The notes: generated by a model not told the origin, from the sequence alone. DNA of 64,000 nucleotides from the human T2T-CHM13v2.0 reference genome, Homo sapiens (GCF_009914755.1 NC_060931.1), one strand, 5' to 3'; positions 1 to 26,046 are shown, numbered from the stretch's first letter. Numbers and translations: made by a program.

Positions 1-5
1 AATGA

Positions 6-514
<509 letters not shown>

Positions 515-827
515 AAGAGATGATTTTAAAGTGGCCCCTAGTAACAACCGGGGACGCGCTGCTCAATAAACTCTGCAGTTACTGCTGCAAAACACAGAGG
601 TCAGATGGGCCTGAAACGAGTCTTCTGTTAGCTGAGGCACCCTTTTCTAAGCTAGCAAAGGACACAGAGCCGTAGGACCATCAAGCAGTCCTTGAAAGAA
701 AATCATTTCAAATGTACAAAAAAGAACTTCTCAGGCATCATTTGGTAAGCATTTCTCTATGCCATGGCCAGCCTGACTCTGGGCATTTTGCATCTAATTC
801 CATTTTATTCTCATTATAGAAACCCTA

Positions 828-1154
<327 letters not shown>

Positions 1155-1199
1155 CTAAACAGGAACATATTAGCCTCATTTTGGGAACCAATTCTGCCA

Positions 1200-2105
<906 letters not shown>

Positions 2106-2339
2106 AGTAATATATTTAAAGATCAGAAGCAAATCATGTTGGATTCATGACCCAGGAGTCAACCACATGTGGCCCCTGAGTGCTAGGACTGAGGAAAGGG
2201 ACCGAATTAAGAAACGAGGGGTGTTAGAATTTGACCTACGTAGGAAAAAAAAAAGGAAGAAAGAAGCGAGAGGTGTCCTGTATATGAAAATTATATTTAC
2301 AGAATACTTTAGAAACCTAACCTAAAGAAAGCTAATGTA

Positions 2340-2631
<292 letters not shown>

Positions 2632-3325
2632 TCAGAAAATGAAGGCATATTCTGAGAAAACACCAGAATCCCATCTCTAATCGATCAATAAATGAAGTAA
2701 ATGAATGCATACACTAAGAAAACACCAGAATGAAAAGCACCAAAGCGTTGAAAATGATTCTCTCCGGGAGGTGACCTGACAGGTGATTTCTCCTCCTTTC
2801 TCTATACTTTCACTTACTTTCCAAATTTTCGGCAAAATGAGAGGTTCCATTTTTTTAGACGGGGAAGAAATTATTTTTTTACATACTCTAGGGTATTATT
2901 TCCATGATGAAACTTGGACCGCCTCACACTAATTAGAGTCTTACTCAGGGAACAACAATCGCGCTCTCTGAAAAGCAACTGAAAACCTAATTAAGATAAT
3001 GGGTAACTGAGGAGATAAAATGCTTAAGCCATTTGTTAGGCAGACACAGATGGAGACAGAGCTCTCCGGGGCTGTGCCGAGGAGAGAGCAGCGTGGCGTA
3101 ACCGAGAACTTCCTCCAGCCGAAACCAGGGGCTGTAGCCAGTTACCCCGGGAAGCTGTGAGCCCTTCGTTAGAGAGGGTCACGGTGACCAGCGAAGCACA
3201 GTCCTGCTCACCGCGTCCAGCATGGCGCTGGGCACGCCACCAACAGCGACAGCCCTATGGAGGGCGCTGTTTCATCTCAGGCACCACTGCTTATTTGTCT
3301 CTTTTGTTCCAGAGCTACAATCTTC

Positions 3326-4048
<723 letters not shown>

Positions 4049-4158
4049 ACAACCACATTTTTTAATGGACAAGGATTTGAATAAACATTTCTTCAAAGAA
4101 TAAATATACATGGCCAATAAGTACAGTAAAATACAATAAAAAATGCTCAACATCATTA

Positions 4159-4554
<396 letters not shown>

Positions 4555-5114
4555 TCAAGAGTGCAGAAAGACTGGACCCCTCATACACGATTGCTGGAAA
4601 GTAAGATGGTGCAGCCATTGTGGAGAACAGCTTGTCGGTTTGTTAAAATGTTACACATGAATTTACCTGTGACTCATAAGTTCAACTCCTAGGTATATGC
4701 CCAAGAGAAGTAAAAAATACACGTCCACGCAAATGCTTATGCACAAATGTTCACAGCAGCATTATCCAGAATAGTCAACAAGGGAGAAATAATCCAAATG
4801 TCCATCAACGGGTGAACAGATGAACAAAATCTATCCATACGATAGGCTACTGTTTAGCAATGAAAAGGAACAAAATACTGATGATACCTCTTACAACATG
4901 GATGAGCCTCAAAAATATGCTACGTGAAAAAAGCTAGATGCAAAAAAAAAAAAAAAAAAAAAAAAAAACACACAGGTATGACTCTATATATACGAAATAT
5001 CTGGAAAAAGCAAATGTATAGAGCCAGAAAACTGATCAGGGGCTGCCTGGGTCTGGGGGTGGGACCGGCTGACTGCTAATAGACACAAAGGATCTTTTGG
5101 TGATGAAAACGTGC

Positions 5115-5432
5115 CGGCCGGGTGCAGTGGCTCTCGCCTGTAATCCCAGCACTTAGGGAGGCCGCAGCAGGCGGATCGCTTGAGCTCAGGAGTTCGAGAC
5201 CAGCCTGGGTGACATGGTGAAACCCTGTCTCTACCAAAAATACAAAAATTAGTCAGGCATGGTGGCACACATCTGTAGTCCCAGCTAACTCGGGAGGCTG
5301 AATCGGGAGGACTGCTTGAACCTGGGAGATGGTGGAGGTTGCAGTGAGCTGAGATCACACCACTGCACTCCAGCCTGGGTGACTGCACAGACTGGGTGAC
5401 TGAGTGAGACCCCGTCTCAAAAAAAAAAAAAA
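5115..5432 (+). mobile_element. Alu (J/S)
   Basis: Alu consensus. Confidence 0.95.
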
Positions 5433-6058
5433 ATTGCTAAGACTGGACTGTGATGATGATGATCACACAACTTTGTAAATTTACTAAAAATTCATTCAAT
5501 TGTATACTAAAAACAGGTAATTTTATGGTATAAAAATACCTCTTATAATAAAAGTTTTTTAAAAAAAAAACCCAGCAAAGACATTTCTTTACGTCATAAG
5601 CCCCCAGTCCAACAGAGACAAGGAAGATAGCTCCAAGAAGCTGAAATTGATAAGATATCGAATATATCTGAACATCTTAAAAGAGGGAAGACAACAGAGT
5701 GTTAAGGGAATGCGGAAATAATGAAAAGTAGCAAGGAAAAGAATGGACAAGCAAGAAGGACAATAATTAACTACAAAGAAAAATAAAAGTTGGACAGGAA
5801 GGAAAAACAATATTTGTATAGACCCATCTTTAGTTGTGAAAAGCTATACATGATCATAAAAAGGTAAACCCTGATTATTAATTTAAAAAAAAACATGGCT
5901 CTATTGAGAAGATCGGGCAATAGGAATTGGAAATTTGGAGAGGCGGGTGGTGAAAAGACCTAAGTTCTCATTTTCCACTGAAGGAAGTCACTAGAAAATG
6001 TCTGAAATTTTTAAAAACCAAGACATAGTAGGATACGTTTGTTAAAGATAGGGAATTA

Positions 6059-6357
<299 letters not shown>

Positions 6358-6599
6358 GGGAATTAAAAGCCAGAAAGAAAGAGTTCACAGTTGAAAGTGG
6401 TTATGGGGAGTTCAAAACTGGGAAGAAGGAACGGCTATGGCAGAGAACTGCTGTTTTGCTTTTAATCGGTAATGAGAAACTATTGCTTTAACTGTGCACA
6501 TATATATATAACTTTGGTGAAAATAAGTAAAAATATTTAAGTGTACATAGTTTTCATTCTACTGCAAGAATGAATTAATGAATGAATGAACGTTGATGG

Positions 6600-7010
6600 G
6601 ATCAATTCCATCAACTCCTAAACACACTTGTTTATCTTCTAACATCTCTGGAACTGGAAGGCATCCTGTATTCTGTGGAATGTCGGCCAGGCTGCAGCTG
6701 TGAGGCTACAGCTTGGTTTTTGTTGCCTGGGGCAAGGTTCTGAAACATTTCAGTTCATTCAGGACCATCCAAGGCATGAACATGCCTTCCAGCTGTTATC
6801 TGCAACAAACCTGCAGACCGAATGGCAGGTGGCTTGGAAGAATGTACTAGAGACAGCAGGGGGTGCCACATCACCAATCCTCTTGAGGACAAAGAAAATG
6901 ATACTGTGTGGGGAGTGTGGACAGGGACGGCTCTCATTTGAAAAGACTTAGAATCTTAATTCATTTCACTCCTGCATACCTTTCTGCGTACGCACAAAAC
7001 GAACACAGAT
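6600..7010 (+). mobile_element. Tc2/pogo-type DNA transposon relic (Kanga/MER104-like)
   Basis: Terminus-like aacatctctggaactggaaggcatc; decayed transposase-like peptide EWQVAWKNV...HITNPLEDKENDTVW. Confidence 0.5.
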
Positions 7011-7533
7011 CACAATCTGTGTTGAAATAAATCTTTAGCTACAATACAGCTTAAGTACAAAAATAAAAATCCTAGGTAATAAGAAAGTATTATGTCCTAG
7101 TTTAATTGTATTTTTTATGGTGGTTAACACTGGTGATCTTACTACTGATAACATCTTTTCTTGGTGAAATATAGTATATGTAGGAATGTATGTTGCAAAA
7201 TTGTTCCTAACAATCCCCAAATACATAGAGTGTTTCGTCTACACCAAGGAATATTCCATAACCATTAAGATGAATGAATTGGAGGTATAACACACGATGT
7301 ATTTTCCAGAGAGGATCTGGTATGAAAAATACAGAAAACTAAGTATATGATTCCCTCATTGTTTTCTTTTTATTTTTTTCTTCATTCCTTTTACCCACAC
7401 TACACAGACGATCCCTTTAAAAAAAAAAAAAAAAAAAAAACCTTTGACAGAAAGAACCCTGTATGTATGTATATACATGTGTAAGAAGTCCCCTGCAGAA
7501 TAATATAAGCACAGAAAAAGCATGGAAGGTCAC

Positions 7534-8120
7534 TATGGTGGGCAGAATTCTAAGATGGCTCCATGGTCTCTGCCCCCTGGGCTCACTCTGTGATTATGCT
7601 GCATGGCAGAAGAGATTCTGCAGATATAATTAAGGTTGTCTATCAGCTGACCTTGAGATATGGAGGTTATTTGCTGGGCCGAACCTAATTACGTGTGCTC
7701 CTTCAAAGCCCAGAGTTCTCTCCAGCTGGTCACGGAAGAGAAGTCAGAGAGGTTTGAGGTGTGAGACGTGTGTGATGCCAGGGCAGCTCTCCAGGGCATC
7801 ACGGGGCAACCTGACAACAGTCACTGGGAGCTGAGAGTGGTCCACGGCTGTGAGCCAGAGAGAGACAAGGGGAGAGATGCAGAGACTTCAGTCCTAAAAC
7901 CACAAGGAATTGAACTCTGCCAACAACCTTGTGAGTCTGAAAGAGGCCCCTGAGCTCCAGAAAGGAACGCAGCCCAGCCGATACCTTGAGTGCAGCCGTG
8001 TGAGACCTGGGCAGAGGGTCCAGCTCTCCCGTGCCCAGACTCCTGACTTGTGGAAAACGTAAGTTAAATAGTATAGTTTTAAGCTGCACTTGTAGTTGCA
8101 AGCAATAGAAAACAAGTTCA
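7534..8120 (+). mobile_element. MaLR LTR (MLT1E-like), 5' LTR
   Basis: Starts tatggtgggcagaattctaagatggc, ends gcaatagaaaacaagttca. Confidence 0.8.
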
Positions 8121-10985
<2,865 letters not shown>

Positions 10986-11049
10986 TTATTTGGAAGTGAT
11001 TTTGAACTTCTAAATATATGTGTGTTGTGAAAGAGAAGACTATCATTGC

Positions 11050-11520
11050 CATTTACTAGACATTCTCTCCTTCCTCTTAATAGCATAAGCCCTAAGCTAT
11101 TGGTGAGGTGATGTACCCAGCTAAGAAAAGAGACATTTTCCTGTCTCCCTTGCAGGTAGGCACAGCCATGTGACTACGGTGCAGTCAGTGAAAGATGAGG
11201 GGATGCCGCTGTTGGGACTTCTCCGAAAGCTCCATAGGTGGGCAGTTTGCAGGTACACCTTTGCCATTCCCCGTCTTCCTTCTTTCTTCCTGCCTTAAAT
11301 GAAGATGTGATGGCAGGGGCCCCATTAACCATCCTGCACCTTGAGGTAACCCTGAAGATAGAAGGCATGAACTAGAATGATGGGGCCGAAAGTAGAAAAA
11401 GCCTGGTCCCTGGTGACCAGGAAAGCCACCGTTACCAGCCCCGAACTTACTGTTAGGTGAAAGAAAGCTGTATTGTGCCCAAGCTACTCTGACCTGGCCA
11501 AATGCAATTCCAAACTGATG
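11050..11520. mobile_element. Ancient ERVL/MaLR LTR (MLT1J/LTR33-like)
   Basis: cccttgcaggtaggcacagccatgtgact and gatgtgatggc...agcctggtccctggtga motifs. Confidence 0.6.
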
Positions 11521-11531
11521 AGGGGGCATTA

Positions 11532-11957
<426 letters not shown>

Positions 11958-12817
11958 TCACACATATGAAAGCATTTGTAACTTAGACTAATAACAAAAT
12001 AAACACCATTTCATCCACCACCCAACCTAAAAAGAATGCACTAGTTCCAGAGTCACATCAACCCTCCCAAGCACATCTTCCTGCCTGTCCCCACCTCTCA
12101 CCCCACCAAAGGGAATCACTTTCCTGGATTCCGTGTTTAACATGGCCTTTTTTCATTTATAGTTACACCACACATTTTTGGAACCCTAAATTACACTGCT
12201 CTACTTTGCTTATTTTGAAACCTTATGTAAATGGTATCACACTGTGTGCATTTTTGTGCTTTTCCCTCAACATGATGACACACAGCTAACACTGACGCAG
12301 GCAGCTACGGTCTAATTTCACAACTTTATGGTATTTATTGCATGAATATGCCACCATCCAGCCATTCCCTCATTGATGGATATGTGGATTGTTTGGAACT
12401 TTCGGCTACTACAAAACGTTGACATAAACACTCTCATACTCATTTTCAAATGCTTCCTGACTTTTCTACCACCACGAGAAATACCAGAGAAAATTATGGT
12501 AGTTAAATGGCACACTGGAGGTAAACTAGAAGGTGTGTAGAGTTCTGGACACGGCTGTGGTCCCACAGACTCTGGTCACCCCAAAGACTAAGGGGATCAG
12601 TAAGATGAAGTACATCAGTGTCCCACAGCATGAGGGTGAAGACCTACGAGGAGACTAATTGGAACGCAGAGTGTGGGCCCGTCAACTGTGCTAGATAAGA
12701 CCAAGCTGCTTCCCAAAGGGGCCAAAACAATTTGCACCATGTTCTCACTGGCACCGCGTTCGAGTTTCCGTTGCTCCTCATCCTCACCATACCTAGACAC
12801 TGTTAGACTTTTTTATT

Positions 12818-12852
<35 letters not shown>

Positions 12853-13010
12853 ATGCCTCTCTGGTCTCATATTGTATTTTCCTTGTTACTACTGAGATTG
12901 GGCATCTTTTCATGTTTATTGGCCGTTCCTAGCTCCTCTTCCGTGAAGTGCTTATGCGCTTCTTTGGCCCATTTTTTAAACTGGGTTGTTGGGGATTTTA
13001 TTGTTTTCGA

Positions 13011-13611
<601 letters not shown>

Positions 13612-14021
13612 TGTTGATCTTTAAAACAGACTTTTTCCTTTGTCACCCTTAATATATTCTGGATAGTAATCATTTGTCAGTTTTATCTTATCACAAAATC
13701 TTCTCCCAGCTTAGGGCCTGTTTTTCAGTTTTTTACTTTTCACGGTTCATTATCTGATGAACAAAATCTCTTAATTGTACCAATCTCTTCTTTCATGACT
13801 TGAGCTTTTTTGTGTCTTCTTTATGCTGTTACTTAATTTCTAACTTACTGTTCTGTGGTGAGAGAACATGTCCTATAAATCAGATACTTTGAAGTATGTT
13901 AAATATTACTTTTGATATAGCAAGAGGTTAATTTTTGTACATGCCCAATGCTTATTTGAGAATAACATGCATTTTCCAATTGTGGGGTGGAAGGTTCTAT
14001 AATAAACATTCACCAGATCAT

Positions 14022-14215
14022 TCATGGCAAACAATGGCTGATAGGGATGGGTGAGAAATCCGGCCCTGGCCATCTGTTTACATATTGTCTATGACTGATT
14101 GCCCTCTACAAAGGCAGAGTTAAGTAGCTGTGACAGAGACCGGATGGCTTCACAAAGCTGAAAATATTTACTATCTGGTCCTTAATGCGAAAAGTCCACC
14201 AGCCACTACACCGGA
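14022..14215 (+). mobile_element. MER58-like hAT element
   Basis: gtttacatattgtctatg...agctgaaaatatttactatctggtcc. Confidence 0.75.
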
Positions 14216-14929
14216 CTGTGTTCAAAAACTGTTTCCCTTCTATTTTTATCTGCTTGATATCAATTAATGAAAGGCTGTTTTGAAATCTTCTATGATAATG
14301 ACACATTTAACAATTTCTGTTCATCTTTGTTATTTTATGTTGAGGCTGAGTTATTAGGTGCAGACAAGTTTTAAATCATTAAATGTTCCTGATGCTGTAG
14401 GACTTCTATCATTAATGCATGGTGCTCTTGCCCTTAATAATTATTTTTGCTCTGACACCTACTTGAATAATGTTGTTATTATCCCAGCTTCTTTTCATTA
14501 GCGTGCCTTTTTTCCATTCTTTTATTTTGGTTGTGTCTCTTTTAAGTAAAACAGCATACAGTTGGACTTGGTTTTCCCGTGGAATCTGACCATCTCTGCC
14601 TTTTTTAATCAGGAAGTTTGGTCCATTTATTGTAGTGACAGTTATACTTGGTTTCATTTCCATGACCATAGATCGTGTTTTCTTTTTACTCTATTTTTTT
14701 GTATGCTTTCCCCCTTTCTTTCCTGCCTTCTTCTGGATTCAGCTTAACTTCATTTTTTACTTTTACTTACTTGAAATTTTAACCTTTTCATGTTTCCCTA
14801 AACATTACTACGTTCTAGACTTAGTAAGATCGAAAGGTTCATCAGTGACTCTACCCTCCTTCAGAACAATGTAAGTACATCTGAATTCATATCTTAGATT
14901 TAAATCGTACTATTGTCCAGTATTTTAGT

Positions 14930-17098
14930 TTCACTTTGCTTGTTTGCCATTTATTTTTATTGCATTTTTAATGGAGAAATAAGTCATCTGTTTTCAAAAC
15001 AGTGCTTGAATATACCAGGAGTACAGATACCATAAAACAAAGCAAACTCCACTCACTAGGTACATCACATGAAAAAATGGTCTGACATTCAGGTAATAAA
15101 AATTAGAAATAAAAAGTCCCAAGGTTCCAGCTTGGTAAAACAGACACAGTTACAGGTAATGTTTAATAAACTAATTTTTTTCCCAATGTGTAAACAAAAT
15201 GACCAGACTAAATTTGTGCCTGGCCATTTCAACCTAACGCCATAGCCATTCAAAATACAGATATTGTGCACACTTCACCCGATTTATTATTGTGGTGAAA
15301 CGGCAAAGATGTGAGAAAAAGAAATACTGTGTACTAGATATCAGAAAGTAATGGTGAAAGAAAAGTCTCTACAGCATAAAAGGACATGACTATATTCCAA
15401 CTTTGGAAAATTAATGCAGGACAGGAAAAGAGTTTAAGTAATTGCAGTTTAACATGAAAAGTGCAGAGTTAGAGGAGGGACGGGAGGGGTTAAAGCAAGG
15501 CTAATTGGAAAGCCTGTTAAGTTTGCTGTCTAGATTAAGAAAGACTCAACTTTCATTCATTCACATCTGTTGCCCCTCACATTTCCTAATCATAGATGCT
15601 CTACTGCTTAATTATGAGATTTTTTTTAACTTAAAGTATTGCTGATCTTTTGTAGACTAAAAGAGCAGAAAGCCAGTAAGATGTCAAGTGCTTGCTAGAA
15701 ATTACTTTTTTATGTTTCTACATGTAAAATTTAGAGATGAATTTTGATAAATCGTTTAAAAATAAAAGTGTTTAAAATTCTTGAAGAAAATGCCTTTTTG
15801 CTTATGTGTGCAATTGGAAATTAACTTTCCTATAAGGAGGTATTCTGTGGAATGAACAAAACTTCTCATATGCAGTGATCAAATGGTCATCCAAGATCAG
15901 AAACATATCTCATAGACATTACATTTAGTAAAGTTTTGCTAAAATGTGGTGTTTCATCATAACCAATATTTGGTGTTTTGTGCCATGTGGCCACAGGATT
16001 GTCAGTTTCACATCATGGTTTAGAGAATATTATTCCTTTTTTCTTGTGAAATGACACATAAGCATACTGTGTGCATACAGGCAAAGAGAAGAGAGGGAGG
16101 CAAAAAGCTTTTTTGTTTTAGGACTAATGATTGAGGACAAGAGAATATGGAGCTTTGATAGCTCAAAGAAAATGTTTGATTGCTAATTACTCTAAAACAG
16201 TTCTACAGATTAAAACCAGTGTGTCCTTTCTCCATAGTGTGCCATCAAAACCAAAGACCTACTAATGGTTGATGTCAAAAACATACCTTAAAGTTGACAT
16301 TTCATTTTAAAGGGTTACAGCTACCTCATAGGGACTGAGCTAGATGTACTTTTATGCTTTCTCTGAAGTACAGTACACCGCTGCACAATGGTATCCAATT
16401 TTAAGATTAATAGTGAAGAAACCTCTTCAGGGAAAAATAAAATTCACCAATTTGAAAAATCTAAAATTAGTTCTACTTTCTAATAAAAAATATAAAGTGC
16501 CTCATCAGTATAAGGAATTCTGATACCAGTTTGTATTGCATATTTTCCCAACAATGCATCAAGCATAAATCCAGTCCAGATGTCAGTCACGGGTACAAAC
16601 ATAGCTGAAAGGTTTTTTCATTTTAAGGGCAGTAGTCCTTTGAAATAGTTAATGTAACTGTTGCTGATACATTAATAACAGTACCTCTAGCTGTCACATA
16701 CTAATGTGGACTTCTGATCAAGACTGGCTCAGTAAAGGAAGTTACCAAATGAGCCTCAATCTATTTCAAGTCATATCTAGTCCCGTACCCCTCATTCTCC
16801 TTCCTTAGTATTTGAAGACAACAGGTTCAGTTGGCAGATATTGTTCATGGACCCTTGAGGTTGTTTTTAACCATTCAACCTGTTTTACTGAATTCTTGAT
16901 AACAGGAATTGGATTTGCAGGGAGAACAGGGATACCGGAAAGATCTATACTGATGTTCCCTGAGAGGCCAATAGAGAAGATGCTGTCTGAATTTTTCTAA
17001 TGGAGTTGTACTTGTCTTTGTATTGAGTTTCTCCTCTTCCGTTTTGGTTTTCTTGGTCCTTTCTTCTTTATGAGGCAAGAATATCCTCTAGACTCCAA
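14930..17098 (-). other. PAPOLB: PAPOLB 3' UTR (PAPOLA-derived), including fossil PAPOLA C-terminal coding sequence
   Basis: Unique AT-rich sequence after the stop; 16867-17098 still reads as PAPOLA-like peptides; ends near tandem AATAAA; cleavage site approximate. Confidence 0.8.
14950..14972 (-). terminator. PAPOLB polyadenylation signal cluster (ATTAAA plus tandem AATAAA AATAAA)
   Basis: Plus strand tttatt at 14950-14955 and 14956-14961, tttaat at 14967-14972, at the retrocopy/L1 boundary. Confidence 0.75.
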
Positions 17099-19340
<2,242 letters not shown>

Positions 19341-19349
19341 GGTGGGCAG

Positions 19350-21300
<1,951 letters not shown>

Positions 21301-21319
21301 TACCTTCTTTTTAATCCAT

Positions 21320-22440
21320 TTCAACATTGGCTTACATGCTCAAAAACAGCTATCAGCAAGGTCTTTGGTGACCTCCATGTTGCCCAACCCATGACCCCAA
21401 TGATTTCCATCTTCTTTGACCTATGGTAGCTTCATCTTGGCCTCTGCGACACCATACTCTTTGTCTTCCACATGTCTGGCCAGTCCTCAGTCAAATTTGC
21501 TGATTCCTCCTCCTTTACTTGACCTCTAAATGTTGGGAGTTCCTCCAGTTTCCATTCTAAGCCCTCATTTCTCCTCACTGCATGTACATTCACTGCCTGG
21601 TTAATCTGCTGATTTCCACAGCTTTAAATACCACTTACTTACAGATTAATTCATATTTTAATCAGACTCTCTTCTGAACTCCAGATCCATATTATCTGAC
21701 TGCCTGTGGTTGCCACCTATATTTGGATGCCTTTAACTTAACATAGTTTAAAGAGAACTCTAACTCATCCTCCCACAGTTTGCTTCTCTCTCAGTAGTCT
21801 CCATTTTAGGAAATGACATCTCTTTCTACCCAACTCTTGATACAAGAAACCTGGGAGTCATTCTGGACACCTCCCTGTTTTGCATCCTCAACATCCAATT
21901 CATTTACAAGTTCTGTTGATTTCACCTCCAGAATATACTTAAAATCCCTCTACTGCTTTCTACCTGTTCCCTTATAACTCTAGTCCAAGCCACCATCAAC
22001 TCTCATTTCAACTTCTACAACAACTAAATTAATCTCCTATTACTGACCTTTTCAAAGTATTCTCTACCTAGGAGCCAGAGTCATCTTTTAATCCCTCCAA
22101 TGACCTCCCATTATACACAGTGTAAAATCCAAAATACATAACAAGCCAGGTAGATCTTTTCCCCAACTATCTGTCTAGCCGCACCTTCTGCAACTTTCCC
22201 CTCTGCACCAGCTGCAATGGCCTTCTTGCAGTGCCTGCCTTTGCTTCATTCTCTCTCATCCCTGGATCTTCACACAATGCTGTTCTGTCTGACCAGAATG
22301 CTCTTCCTGCCCCACCGACTGCCCACTGCTCTCTACCTGGTTGGTGTGTTGTCATCTTTGAGACTGGCTTACATTTCACCTCTTGAGAGTGAATTTCCCT
22401 CACCCCCCATTCCAAATGAGCACATGTGCTTCTTTTTCAT
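21320..22440 (+). mobile_element. L2 element (3' end continues near 23500-23650)
   Basis: gacctccatgttgcc; acctctaaatgttgg; aaacctgggagtcattctggacacctcc; tctagtccaagccaccatca. Confidence 0.8.
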
Positions 22441-22464
22441 AGCACATAAAACAACTTGTAGTTG

Positions 22465-23295
<831 letters not shown>

Positions 23296-23360
23296 TATAT
23301 GTTTTTTGAGTGATTATATCTGTGTGTGTGCGTGTGCATGTGCGTGTGCATGTATGTGTG

Positions 23361-23498
23361 TTTTAAGAGATAAGGTCTCCTCTGTTACCCAGGCTGGAGT
23401 GCAGTAGTGTGATCATAGCTCACTGCAGCCTTGAACTTCTGGCCTGTCTTGCCCTCCCAAAGTGCTTGGATTACAGGCATGAACCACTGCACCCAGCC
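23361..23498 (-). mobile_element. Alu monomer or deleted AluJ after a (TG)n tract
   Basis: Alu fragment. Confidence 0.8.
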
Positions 23499-23937
23499 AC
23501 ATCTTTGTTTTGATTGCCTGCTAGACTCTTGACTCCATGAAATCATTTATTTATAAATCCATGAAATGGATTTGTTTTGTCTATTGCAACATATCCAGCG
23601 CCTAATCAAATACCTAACACAGAGTAGCCAAATTTTACTTATGAATAAATGAGAACAAAAAAAATATTTCTCATCCAAGTCTCTGGCAAATCAATATCTA
23701 GAAAACCTGTTTCTTGAGTTTTGATTAGATAGAGGGGCAATTTCAAATCTATACGTTGTGACCTTGGGGAAATCATTTAATTGTCCATTTCACAGCTGCT
23801 CACAAAAGACAGCTACAGAGTTTCTATGGCTGCATTCCTATAACACTCCACTCCACTGCAATGCCTTTTGATTTGAAAGTGTCTCCAGGGGAGACTTATC
23901 CTGGGTCAGTGAGGGGTGAGGAGAGCAGCACAGTCAG

Positions 23938-24378
23938 TGCTATGGTTTGGATGGGGTTTGTTTGTCCCCACTAAAACTCATGTTGGAATTTGATCCCCAA
24001 AGGGGAAGTGCTGGAGGCAGGCCTAGTAGGAGGTGTTTGGGTCATGGGGACAGATCCCTCATGAATGGCTGGTACTGTGCTCACCGTAGTAAATGAGTTC
24101 TCGTTCTGGCAAGACCAGATCGAGAATGGATTGGTTTCCAAGAACAGTAGGCTGCTATAAAGCCAGGGCACCCCTCAGGTTTCCCTCTTTGCACCTGTCT
24201 GCTTCCCCTTTGACCTTTTCTGCCATGTGATGACGCAGCACAGAAGCCCTCACCAGAAGCCAGGGCCGTGCCCTGGAACTTCTCAGCCTGTGGAACCATG
24301 AGATAAATAAACCTCTTTTCCTTATACATTACCAGCCACAGGTATTCTGCTGTGGCAACAAGAAATGGACTAAAGCAG
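23938..24378 (+). mobile_element. MST-family MaLR solo LTR (MSTB-like)
   Basis: tgctatggtttgg...aaaactcatgttggaatttgatcccc...aataaacctcttttc...aaatggactaaagca. Confidence 0.85.
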
Positions 24379-24700
24379 AGCCTAAAGGTGTTGAGGGGCA
24401 CACAGGCACACGAGGCTTCTGAGGAAGCTGCTGTCCAGCCATGCTCACCAGGAAATGACATGCACATATGCTCTGTAATCCAGCAGCTCCGTTCCTGGAA
24501 GAATGCCTCCGAGAACTCTGCACAAGCCCTCAACAGGTTCATTGTGTCACCATTTTAGTAGGAAGAAGCTGTACCCAATTTGAGTGTCTGTGCTTAAGGA
24601 AATGAATATGTAGTATAGGCATATAATGGAAAACTATGAATCAGTCAAAAGCAATGAGCTGACTAGAGCACCATGGGTAGGTGTCAAAAACATAATGTGA

Positions 24701-24857
24701 GGCCAGGTGTGGTGGCTCATGGCTGTAATCCCAGCACTTTGGGAGGCTGAGGTGGGAGGATCACTTGAGCCCAGGAGTTTGAGACCAGTCTGGCAACATA
24801 GTGAGGCCCTGTCTCTATTTTTAAAATAAATAAGTAAATAAATAAATAAATAAATAA
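24701..24857 (+). mobile_element. FLAM / Alu left monomer within old L1 3' sequence
   Basis: Monomer with (TAAA)n tail. Confidence 0.85.
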
Positions 24858-25208
24858 TGTAATGTGAGTTACAAAAGGAACAATGAGCTTTATAGCTCAA
24901 TCCCACTTAGGTAAATTAAACATATACAAAATATTATTTATGTATTAAGGATACATATGAATCCAAATATATGAAAGGTAAGTTGGAATGGTATTCATTA
25001 ATACACTAGAGTGGGTTCCCAAGGACAATGACAATGAAAAAAGAAAATGATCCTATCCATCCACCAGAGCATCTGCCAACAGATTGGAAACCCATGGCCA
25101 CACAAAGCAGAGAGAAGCTTGGCCCTTTCTCTGCACTTACTTGTTCCCCATATTGGTGAGACGGCTGTCCTGCATTAGGCATTCGGTCATGGCTGCAGGC
25201 CAGAGTAA

Positions 25209-25564
<356 letters not shown>

Positions 25565-26046
25565 TGAACTGTTGTTTTTTAAATAACATATATGTGTACG
25601 GGTGGCAGCCTCTGGATTAGCTATCAGCAACCCTCACAACTTCTTTGCCTTGTACTAGAGGGTGCAAAGCCGAAATCTTTGTCCAGCTTCCTCTGCAGCC
25701 AGAGCCAGCTGTGGGTGGCAACGGCATCAGTGAAGCTAGCCTCCCCTATCGTGTGTGTTAGCCACGCTTGCTTCACCTTCCTCCAGCTGCAAACTTGTGC
25801 CAGCTTCACGTTTTCTAGTGGATGTTTTGCCGTTTTCTTGCTGATCTTTAGACATGCATTACTTTATTCTAGTTATTCATCACATCAGTTTTAGATATTG
25901 CAAACATTTTCTTCTAGTATATCACCTATCTTTTATCTATACAGTGTCCTTGGTCAAAGAAAAATTTTGAATTTTGATATAGTCAAATCTATCTACTTTT
26001 TTTCCTTACAGATTGCACTTTAAAAACAAAACAAAACAAAAAAACA

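Noticed and set aside
16875-17078. 67-aa ORF downstream of PAPOLB
   Set aside because: Non-ATG start; frameshifted fossil of the PAPOLA C-terminus in the 3' UTR
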